Origin: Gemmatimonadota bacterium
Lineage (GTDB): Bacteria > Gemmatimonadota > Gemmatimonadetes > Gemmatimonadales > Gemmatimonadaceae
NCBI GenBank assembly: GCA_040389905.1
Contig: JAZJZK010000012.1
Coordinates: forward strand, 197,537-261,536
Length of the DNA stretch: 64,000 nt
Direction of reading: 5' to 3'
Shown here: piece by piece, positions 21,186 to 29,160 of the stretch
Position numbering within the stretch: the first letter of the stretch is position 1
Layout of the letters: each line of letters starts with the position of its first letter
Notes under the pieces: generated by a model
Database searches by the model: none
What the model saw: only the letters and a program-made list of their open reading frames with translations
Told to the model about the DNA's origin: nothing
Translations under genes and position numbers: made by a program

Positions 21186-21236
21186 TTGACATCTATCACT
21201 ATTCGTTCTAGCTTGGTTATAGAGGTTATCGCTTTT
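21186..21236 (+). promoter_or_regulatory. promoter with candidate operator repeats
   Basis: TTGACA-17 bp-TAGCTT; TATCACTATT in the spacer and TATCGCTTTT downstream. Confidence 0.6.
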
Positions 21237-21270
21237 AAGCCTAGACGGCAACACGCCTGACGAGGGAACC

Positions 21271-21558
21271 ATGCCTGACTGCCAGATCACTTGCATCTCG
21301 AAGCCTCACCCGCAGAGTCCGCATGAGCACATCACGCACGTCGGCAATCCTGCAGGCAACTGGATCTGGACGCGTGAAGCCGTGGTCAAGAGCATCGACG
21401 AAAAGTCCAACACCTTTTTCGTCGTCGATCCAAACACTGGAAGGCGCTCAAACGTCGGTGTCGTACGGCCAAGTGGTCACGCGGCCTATCTGCGCACCTA
21501 CGCTGACGGCGATTGGAATAACAATCTGTTGTCGCTCAACCAGTGCCCTCTACGCTGA
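21271..21558 (+). CDS. DUF3892-like protein
   Basis: QITCISK..HEHITHVG..YLRTYADGDWNNNLLSL. Confidence 0.85.
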   Translation: MPDCQITCISKPHPQSPHEHITHVGNPAGNWIWTREAVVKSIDEKSNTFFVVDPNTGRRSNVGVVRPSGHAAYLRTYADGDWNNNLLSLNQCPLR

Positions 21559-21594
21559 GCAGTCACCGCATCCTCAACAGACCCAAGGATCGCA

Positions 21595-21882
21595 ATGACC
21601 ACTTTCGATGTCGCTCACATTCTGGAGCAGGGTCAGAATATGATCATCGTGCCCATGCGCAGCGACTTCAGGCACAAGTCAGACTCTGACCAGGCGAGCA
21701 TTTCCATCGCACTGCAGACTGCGGCCAGATCCGCCGGACTTGCCGGTCAGGTCGTCACGGTGTGGGACGCCGGAAGTGGTCGGATGGGTTTCCGTGGACC
21801 GAAGCCATGGCACGGCTTTCTGGGCAGCATCAGCCTGCAGTGGGTAGCCGCCAACATCAACAAGCGCATCACGATCAACTAA
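21595..21882 (+). CDS. small hypothetical protein
   Basis: 95 aa, AAGGA RBS, operonic position. Confidence 0.75.
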   Translation: MTTFDVAHILEQGQNMIIVPMRSDFRHKSDSDQASISIALQTAARSAGLAGQVVTVWDAGSGRMGFRGPKPWHGFLGSISLQWVAANINKRITIN

Positions 21883-21905
21883 CCGAAAATCGGAAGGTAA
21901 AAACA

Positions 21906-22106
21906 ATGCCGCTTGGAACGCATTCACGCACCGATCAAGGGACCTTCCGCCGGGAGCGCGGCGATTCGCTCGCGCGAAACCTGAAAGAGGACTACCCGGA
22001 GTTCTCCCGAGTGCCCGGGAATACACGCCTCGATGCGCTTCGCGACCGTTTTGGCGTCGACTCCATCAATGCGGTACGGCAGGAGTTGCGGAAGCTGGAC
22101 AAGTAG
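21906..22106 (+). CDS. small hypothetical protein (66 aa)
   Basis: ATG 21906 after GGAAGG; RTDQGTFRRERGD. Confidence 0.65.
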   Translation: MPLGTHSRTDQGTFRRERGDSLARNLKEDYPEFSRVPGNTRLDALRDRFGVDSINAVRQELRKLDK

Positions 22107-22149
22107 CGCTCGGGGCCCGTATCGCTTGATGCGCGGACTCCTGGCTCAG

Positions 22150-22926
22150 TCACGGCCGGCGGTTCCGATAAGGTGCTCCTCCGCGATGCCAGTCCGTGAT
22201 CTCTGCGGGTTCCATGTGCGCGCGTATCCATTGGGCCTTCACGTCCTCGCGCAAGACCACCGTGTGGTCGACGGCCTCGACACGATTGGGGACCTTGCCT
22301 CGCGCCCGCCGGTGCTCGCGGTAGAGCGTAGCGGCGATCTCGCGACGCGTTTCGAAAGAGAGGTTGTTCATTGGTATTTCACAAACGAAGAGCGCAGGCT
22401 TTCCAATTTGTGCGAGAGTGCGTTGCGTGTCGCCGTATCCCATTCGTGTAAGTGTGGCGGCGATTGCCATTGTGGATTCGCTGCCGTAAATGAGATAGTG
22501 ACCTGAATGCTTGATGAGGTGCTCCGCGTCAAATGCGAGGAACACACGACCGTGATCGAGGGTGAGGTCAGTCTCGGCCAAGGCAGTCTGCAGCGCCGCA
22601 GATGGAATGCCTTGCGTCCGGAAGAATGCCCAAGCCCGTTCGATGACCCTTACGTCGTGCCGACGTATGCCTTCGTGGTAGTAGGCTTTGAAATCTGTCG
22701 GCCTGCACCCATGATACAAGCGGACATGCGTGAAACGCGTTGACAGCGCCCACGCGAGGGCGTCTACAGCATGCTCACGAGGAACGGCGCGCACGTCGCG
22801 ATGACGCCGCTCTTGCCCAAGCGTACTGCCGATAACGGCTCCCCATGCGTATGTCTCGCGCCAGTCCAGTACGTGTGATGTTGCACCCAGTCCAATCGCG
22901 GCCTCGTCGCTTTTCCGAGCGTCCAT
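22150..22926 (-). CDS. hypothetical protein, possible ART-like fold
   Basis: RLYHGCRPTD..YYHEGI, VFLAF, YGSE. Confidence 0.6.
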   Translation of the reverse strand: MDARKSDEAAIGLGATSHVLDWRETYAWGAVIGSTLGQERRHRDVRAVPREHAVDALAWALSTRFTHVRLYHGCRPTDFKAYYHEGIRRHDVRVIERAWAFFRTQGIPSAALQTALAETDLTLDHGRVFLAFDAEHLIKHSGHYLIYGSESTMAIAATLTRMGYGDTQRTLAQIGKPALFVCEIPMNNLSFETRREIAATLYREHRRARGKVPNRVEAVDHTVVLREDVKAQWIRAHMEPAEITDWHRGGAPYRNRRP

Positions 22927-23175
22927 TGAGTGAGTTTGTCTCCCTAGTCCGCGCGTACATGCTCATTGTCCATGATGGTGTGCATGCGCTTGGGATATAA
23001 CAGGTCGATCTCGGGCGTAGTCAAACTTCGACAGAGGAGTGAGCGCCCAGGCGTTGTTGAACCCGTTCACTACTCCGCGCTATCGACGGTCTTGCCAAGC
23101 GGATTTTTTGAGTTCTGCAGCCTCGTGGGTCATCCCGCTAAGAGTCACCGTCAACACTAGCCTCCCATTTCCACG

Positions 23176-24024
23176 ATGACTTCAACGCACGCACAATCAC
23201 AGCAGCAAGTGAAGGGTTCTTCGCCGGCCCCGCTTTCGGACGCAATCGCCATGGCGCTATCGCGCCTTGTCGACGATGCGAAGGTTGAGACGCGAGAGCC
23301 GAGTCATTCAGTCCTCGAAGACGCTTTCCTGCGAACGGGACTTAGCAAGGCAGATCCAAATCGAAATGGCCGCCCAATTGGAAAGGCTAAGCGTCTCAGA
23401 GGCGTGCTGCATTGGGCAATGGACAACGATCCTGATTCGGGTGGACGCTTGGCTGCTTTGATCATATCGCTCATCAAAGGATGCGGAGGGTTTCGTGACA
23501 GCTCACCGAACTTTGTCGGGAAGGAAGCCATTGCCGATGCCACAGAAGCGTTTCGCGCGGACGGGTTTAGCCTAGGATCGGATGGTGATCTTCGTCCAGT
23601 GGTCCTCGAGAGCCTTTCTGGCAAGGGTATGACAGAGGCGTTGCAGGCGTACGTTCGACGAGCACAGCGTGGCGCCGAAGACGCCGCCCTCCTTGCTGGC
23701 ACAAGCAAGGATCTCGTCGAGGCGACTGCAGCGCATGTGCTCACTGAGCGCTTTGGTGCTTATCCGACGACGGCTAACTTTCCCACTTTGCTCGGGCAAG
23801 CGTTTGTGGCACTCGGGCTATGTGTTGATCCGAATGCAGCCGCGTCGCCGCAGGACCGCATAGACGCGTCCTTGTATGCACTTGCTTGTGCGACTAACGC
23901 ACTCCGAAACAAGCAAGGCGTTGGGCATGGACGGCCGTTTCCCGCCTCAGTCAACACCGACGAGGCACGGAACGCCATCGCTGGAATGGGAATCGTCGCG
24001 TCGCGGCTTCTCATGCGACTCTAG
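23176..24024 (+). CDS. abortive infection family protein (Abi_C, HEPN-like)
   Basis: SKDLVEATA and C-terminal LRNKQGVGHGRP. Confidence 0.85.
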   Translation: MTSTHAQSQQQVKGSSPAPLSDAIAMALSRLVDDAKVETREPSHSVLEDAFLRTGLSKADPNRNGRPIGKAKRLRGVLHWAMDNDPDSGGRLAALIISLIKGCGGFRDSSPNFVGKEAIADATEAFRADGFSLGSDGDLRPVVLESLSGKGMTEALQAYVRRAQRGAEDAALLAGTSKDLVEATAAHVLTERFGAYPTTANFPTLLGQAFVALGLCVDPNAAASPQDRIDASLYALACATNALRNKQGVGHGRPFPASVNTDEARNAIAGMGIVASRLLMRL

Positions 24025-24108
24025 ACGAGGAAGCCCCTCACGACGCGAATCAAACCAGCGGCGCCGTCATTGTCCACGTAGATCGGGGCGACTCGCCAGC
24101 CCAGGCTA

Positions 24109-24417
24109 TCACACGGGCGTCGACGAGAAGAGCAGGACCTCCAAGTATTCTCCCGACACGCGGTAGGAGACTTGCGCCAGCCGTCGCGACGACGCCTCTA
24201 GGCGGAACTGGTAGATCGGCCGCGTTTCGAACGGCCCGGTGGGCGCGCTCCCGAGCGCTGGATCCTTGGCCAGATGCTCCATGATTCTCCGCAGCTCGAT
24301 CTGCGCACCCGTAGCACCAATGATCCCTGCTTTCTGCTCTTCTCCATCGAGATACGCTCGGATCTGCGCCCTGGCCGACTCGGAGAAGCGGAGCGACAAC
24401 GATGGATGATTTGTCAA
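24109..24417 (-). CDS. RelE/ParE-like toxin
   Basis: LRFSESARAQI..LAKDPALG..YRV...LEVL; overlaps antitoxin stop. Confidence 0.6.
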   Translation of the reverse strand: MTNHPSLSLRFSESARAQIRAYLDGEEQKAGIIGATGAQIELRRIMEHLAKDPALGSAPTGPFETRPIYQFRLEASSRRLAQVSYRVSGEYLEVLLFSSTPV

Positions 24418-25040
24418 AAATCGGCCGCGAAACGCCCTGATGCGATTTCCTGTTCGGCTCGCAACATGGCTTCCAGTTCAAAGCCTACCTTCTGGGTGCC
24501 TCGATTGCGAAGCACTTCCATCGGCAAAGGCTTGCTCATTTCCGCGTCGGTCATCGGCGCTGACGAGTACACCACATCGCGCAGCAACTCCTCCATGGGC
24601 ATGCGGAGGTAGTTCATCACGACGTAGCGCATCACTTCCATTTGCCCCGGCGTGAAATCGAACGGCGCCGGAACGCCACGCGCCAACAGTTGAATGGTGC
24701 GCTGCTCGTTGTCCCACACGGTCCGTATCTCACCCATACCGGCGGCCACGATCTCATCAATCGTATCCTTGATCGCCTCGTCGTAGGGGCCGTACGTGTA
24801 CCTGATGTATTGGTACTCCGTGATCGCCTCTCCCAGATACTCCAGCGCCAACATATCCGACAGATACGCCATTTTCATCAGGCGCTTTCGTGGGATGCCG
24901 GCCACGCCGCTGGGGGCTTGGTACTGCTGCGCGAAATACCGGAGGAGTTGGGCTGTTTTCGAAAGCGCTGGCATACCGTCCTCCCATAGGGCTTCGCGGA
25001 ATTTACCGAACATTTCCCGAAGCGCAAGGCCTGCGGGCAT
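24414..25040 (-). CDS. Panacea (DUF4065/SocA) domain antitoxin
   Basis: LMKMAYLSD...ITEYQYIRYTYGPY. Confidence 0.85.
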   Translation of the reverse strand: MPAGLALREMFGKFREALWEDGMPALSKTAQLLRYFAQQYQAPSGVAGIPRKRLMKMAYLSDMLALEYLGEAITEYQYIRYTYGPYDEAIKDTIDEIVAAGMGEIRTVWDNEQRTIQLLARGVPAPFDFTPGQMEVMRYVVMNYLRMPMEELLRDVVYSSAPMTDAEMSKPLPMEVLRNRGTQKVGFELEAMLRAEQEIASGRFAADF

Positions 25041-25086
25041 GACATGTCTCTTCTGACACGTTACTGAATGACTCAGCGCATGCGGA

Positions 25087-25791
25087 CTATCCGCCTAGCA
25101 GCACCTCAAGCACTTCGGGCCCGCGGCGCTGCTCGACTCTGATAACGTACTGAGCGATATCGCCCACCCCGGAGTCGATGGCAAGCTCGACAATGGGGTC
25201 TCCCCGGGCACCGCGCTTCGCGAGCATCGCATCAAAGGGATAGTCTGCGACGCGCCGAAAGGTGCTTAGGCCTCGCGGCTGGGGCATTGGCTTGGTGCAG
25301 CCGCTATTGATTGGTGAAAGCGTAATTCGCGCCGCATATTTCCTGATCAGCGGCGCGGAGTCGAGCGTCAAGACGGTGTGCTGACGTGAGCGATATGCGC
25401 GGGCCCCGAGCAGGCGCGTCAATCGCTCTTCGGTCAGCCAGAAGAACACCCGGTCATTCAGGAGCTCGTACCAAGCGCGTGGCGTCAGCGCACCACCGAG
25501 CGCGCGCTCGAGACCACGGTCATCCATGGGCTTCTGATCCCGCACCACAGCACGGCCATATGCGGGATGGCTTAGCGTCACGCTCTCGGGCCTGTGATGA
25601 GAATAGAGCCGGGCCTTCGTCTTCTCATCAACTTCATAGTGGTCCAACAGTGCGCGAGTGCTGAGCAGCCCGTCGCGCTTGATACTTGCCCAGCTTCCGT
25701 CCTCCGCCATGTGATAGAGGCGAGGATATCGTGCAATCAAGTCGTCGATCTGCATGGCGCTCGGTGAAAGTTTGCGCACTCGGGAAGGCAA
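25087..25791 (-). CDS. DarT-like (DUF7002-like) ADP-ribosyltransferase; alternative start ATG 25755
   Basis: LYHMA...SIKRDGLLS, RDQKPM, NDRVFFW, LSPINSG, late VELA. Confidence 0.7.
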   Translation of the reverse strand: MPSRVRKLSPSAMQIDDLIARYPRLYHMAEDGSWASIKRDGLLSTRALLDHYEVDEKTKARLYSHHRPESVTLSHPAYGRAVVRDQKPMDDRGLERALGGALTPRAWYELLNDRVFFWLTEERLTRLLGARAYRSRQHTVLTLDSAPLIRKYAARITLSPINSGCTKPMPQPRGLSTFRRVADYPFDAMLAKRGARGDPIVELAIDSGVGDIAQYVIRVEQRRGPEVLEVLLGG

Positions 25792-25797
25792 CGGTCA

Positions 25798-27387
25798 TTA
25801 CCACCGGCGCCGGTCCACGATGCTCCGGAACTCAAAGCGCGTTGAAATTAATGACACGGGTGCTGCCGCCACCCTCTCCATCTCCTCGATGAAGCGGATC
25901 GTATCGGTCGTAAGTTGCTCAAAACGGCGCGCGCGTTGGTTTTCCTGCCGAATGTAGTCCGTGAAAGTCAGCGCGATGTCCGTCGGCGCGTTCAGAGACG
26001 CTGCTCGGCGTAGCAGTGCCCAATCGAACTCCGCCACGCGTCGCCGGCGGTTGGTTGTAGACGTGCGCTCCGCTCGCCGCAGCTGTTGGACGGGAATACC
26101 CGACCGTCGGGAGACTTCGGCCCAAGAAATCTCTGTTCCCATCTCGCCCGATGGTCCACCCACCCGAATCGGGTACGTGCGGCAAACCATCACCACCTTC
26201 CTCACACGGCTTGGGGCGATCCCCGCCTCCGCAAGACACCCACTGACCGTCGTGTCTCGCGAAGTGACAAACGGGTAAAGACCGTGATAGAGACTCAGCG
26301 CGGTTCCCTGAGTTCCCTCAAGCAGTATGCGTTCGCCACGAAAGAAGGCACGATCAAGCACCTGCTGCGTCTCTCGGATATACGGTGCTAGGACCTTGAT
26401 ATCTCGCGCTAACTGAACTGGCTGTGGGGCTCCACGAAGCACGCGTCGTGCGGTCGCCTTCCCCCCACCTTGCGCGGTCGAGCTGATCGACCCGCGCAGG
26501 TGAGTCATTTCCCAACGTTTGTCTGCAGCCGTAATAATCATCGCCTGGGGGTCGATGCTCAGCCGCTCGGCAGACACCTTACAATCAGCGATTTCTTGCC
26601 GCAGCTTCTTGACGTCGAGCACCGCTCCCGGACCGATGATCAATTTGGCCTCGCAGCGTCGCGTGCCAGACGGCAACTGATGGTGGGTATATGGCGGATC
26701 CTCGTAGACCGTGTGCCCGGCGTTCGGACCGCCGACCCGAACAAGTACGTCGTACTCGGGGGAGAGGTGAGCGGCAATGTGCCCCTTGCCTTCACTGCCG
26801 TACCCTCCACCGATAATTACATCGACGAGGCGCTGGTATGATCGGCCGTAGAAGCCAAGATGACTTGCGACGCGGGCCACGACGTCCGCTTCTGAACAAC
26901 TCTTGGTGTCAATAACGACATCCGCCGTTTCCCCGAGTTGATCGACGTGCCTTTCCGTGGCGTTTCTACTCAGGCTTGCGTAGTCGGCCACCTCTTTAAT
27001 GGAATTACGCCTCGCCTTGTAGCGCTCCGCCAGGAGACCCAACGGGGCCACGAGATGGACGTGCACAACCGGTTGTCGCGACGCACGACGAATGGCGACT
27101 ATCTGCTCCCGTATGCGCGCTGAGTCGATGACTACTATGGCGTCGCGAGGCAGGGTCTGCAGCATCTTCGCAAGCGCACTCGCTATCCAGGTTCCGTTGG
27201 TCTTTCGGTCAAGCCTATCGCCTGCCGCCTGCAACGCGCGCCTTTCCTTTCCCGTGCCCGGCAGCGCCCTGAGAATTAGCTCCTGCGTGCGAACGCGCAC
27301 GCACCCGTACTGCGTCACCAGTGCGATGGCGAGCGTACTCTTCCCAGATGACACGCGCCCCGAGAGAATTATGACCCGTTGTGCCAT
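25798..27387 (-). CDS. nucleotide kinase-like P-loop domain fused to PurZ-like adenylosuccinate synthetase-family domain
   Basis: GRVSSGKST; GGGYGSEGKGH, GPNAGHT, EGTQG, YPFVTSR, RTYPIRVGGPSG, ERTSTTNRRRRV, LTFTD. Confidence 0.9.
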   Translation of the reverse strand: MAQRVIILSGRVSSGKSTLAIALVTQYGCVRVRTQELILRALPGTGKERRALQAAGDRLDRKTNGTWIASALAKMLQTLPRDAIVVIDSARIREQIVAIRRASRQPVVHVHLVAPLGLLAERYKARRNSIKEVADYASLSRNATERHVDQLGETADVVIDTKSCSEADVVARVASHLGFYGRSYQRLVDVIIGGGYGSEGKGHIAAHLSPEYDVLVRVGGPNAGHTVYEDPPYTHHQLPSGTRRCEAKLIIGPGAVLDVKKLRQEIADCKVSAERLSIDPQAMIITAADKRWEMTHLRGSISSTAQGGGKATARRVLRGAPQPVQLARDIKVLAPYIRETQQVLDRAFFRGERILLEGTQGTALSLYHGLYPFVTSRDTTVSGCLAEAGIAPSRVRKVVMVCRTYPIRVGGPSGEMGTEISWAEVSRRSGIPVQQLRRAERTSTTNRRRRVAEFDWALLRRAASLNAPTDIALTFTDYIRQENQRARRFEQLTTDTIRFIEEMERVAAAPVSLISTRFEFRSIVDRRRW

Positions 27388-28784
27388 TAGGAGCGCAGCA
27401 CGAAATCGAATTGAGGCTGTGCGTCAGCCACCTTTCGATTTGGGAGGTCGTACACTGTTACCGGGACCCCTCGAGCACATACCTGCTCCAGGATCATGTC
27501 ACGCACCACGTCCCACGCGCCTCCAGCTTCCCCAGTACCGATGCGAGGGATGTGAAGTGTCGCTTCCCGCGCGCCTGCAAAGCTTCCGAGATCGCTCAAG
27601 CACTTGTCGAGGGCCGCGTATCTAATGCGTGGCTTCGCAGATGGGCCATATGCGCGCTGGGCCACCATGTGAAAGATGCCAAGATCGTCGGAGAGGGACG
27701 TGTAGTGCGACTGCCCTAGCGTGAGCCGGCGACGATCCGCAGCGACCCACCGTTGAAAGTCCTCTTGCGCTTCAGGAAACGCCCGCCGCGCAGCAGAGGC
27801 GAATCCCCTCCCGCCCCAGTTGGGCGTCGCGTCATTCACAATGTGCGCGATCACTCGAAGGCCTCGTCCGCGAGGCTTGGTCGCGTCTCCACGGACATAT
27901 GACAAGCGCGGGTGTATCGCCGGGCTAGCCAACTTCGCATCGCGGTCGCCGCACGGACGGAGAATGCCGACCACTCGAGGGTCCAGACGCCCTGGGTACG
28001 ACGGAATGCCGACACACTGTACCTCTACGTGCGCGCCGCCCCAGCGCTCTTCCCCCGCGGCTGTAAAGCCAATGGCAATGCACTCCTCGACGGTCGATGC
28101 CTCAGGAAGCATGAGACCGCGCACTACCGCTTCTGACCATTCGGGAGACCCAATCAAGTAGTCCAAGTGATAACGCCCGCGACGCACTCCGCGATCAATG
28201 CGTGATGCGCAGAACATCGCGCACGGTTCTTCACTCATCCTAGCGACGCGAATCAACATCGCCTCGGTAGAGACCGCAAACGTCGCGCGCATATCGAGGA
28301 GGCGCTCCATCTGCAGATCGTCTGGGCCAAGCTCGTGCAAACTACCTGCTGGCATTAGAAACTCTGCTGCCCCGATGTTGCAGAGTGCCTCCAATTGCCA
28401 ATCGTCGCCGGTCATTTCATGGTACGCCGCTCGGTTGCGAACGTGTTCCGCGCAGTCAGGAAAGAGCGTATGTGCGATCTCGTGCGCCACAGAGTATCGC
28501 ACGCGGTTGGGCGGTCTGCTGGGATTAAACTCAATACGCACGGCTTCTCGGCCCACTGGAACCGTCCGCGCTTCCGCGACGTCGTCTCTTGCTGCAACAG
28601 GAATCTTTAGGATTTCCGCCAGACTAATCGGATCGAACGGAGGCCCGGACCACCCCGCGTCCATTGCGCGGCGAACCACTTGGCGAGCACGCTCGATAAC
28701 GAGTGTCACTGGGTCGTGTTGGCCAGCAAACGCGCGCACAGATGGATGTGTCCATCGCTCGGGACGTGGAGAGACGGCACTCAT
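27387..28784 (-). CDS. ImmA/IrrE metallopeptidase domain fused to macrodomain (DarG/Poa1-like)
   Basis: RYSVAHEIAH, EALCNIGAAEFLMP; YVRGDAT, HIVND..WGGRGF, IPRIGTGEAGGAW. Confidence 0.88.
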   Translation of the reverse strand: MSAVSPRPERWTHPSVRAFAGQHDPVTLVIERARQVVRRAMDAGWSGPPFDPISLAEILKIPVAARDDVAEARTVPVGREAVRIEFNPSRPPNRVRYSVAHEIAHTLFPDCAEHVRNRAAYHEMTGDDWQLEALCNIGAAEFLMPAGSLHELGPDDLQMERLLDMRATFAVSTEAMLIRVARMSEEPCAMFCASRIDRGVRRGRYHLDYLIGSPEWSEAVVRGLMLPEASTVEECIAIGFTAAGEERWGGAHVEVQCVGIPSYPGRLDPRVVGILRPCGDRDAKLASPAIHPRLSYVRGDATKPRGRGLRVIAHIVNDATPNWGGRGFASAARRAFPEAQEDFQRWVAADRRRLTLGQSHYTSLSDDLGIFHMVAQRAYGPSAKPRIRYAALDKCLSDLGSFAGAREATLHIPRIGTGEAGGAWDVVRDMILEQVCARGVPVTVYDLPNRKVADAQPQFDFVLRS

Positions 28785-29160
28785 GAAGGACTCCGGTTTC
28801 GGGACAACTGAGCGTACCTCGGCGTGTCAGCTTCGTGCACTCTCGGGCCCGAATATACTTCCCGTGAACTCGGGGGGGGGTGTAGTACGCCGACTTCTCG
28901 GACTCCGAGCAGCGCAGTGCCGCACCCGCCGTCGCGTAGTTCGCGGCTGACTTCCGACTGGTATTGATGTGCTTCGTGGTGCGAGCGTTTGTGTCGGTAT
29001 GACGCAGAAATGAACGCCTCCACTACCTCGTCCGCCGTCGACAGCCAATCGCCTACCTCTGGCGCCACCAGGGTTCGTTCCTACTTTTCCGCGGTGAACG
29101 TTACATCAGCGCTACCCGCGTTCGCTATTGGTTAATAGCCTGCATCTCGCTGGAGAGACG

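Noticed and set aside
25798..27387. Housekeeping purA, or a Z-genome prophage
   Set aside because: Catalytic Asp is replaced by Ser and a kinase is fused; no phage structural, polymerase, datZ or mazZ genes recognised.
28781..29068. HTH partner gene for the IrrE-macro protein
   Set aside because: No HTH-like sequence in any of the three minus-strand frames.
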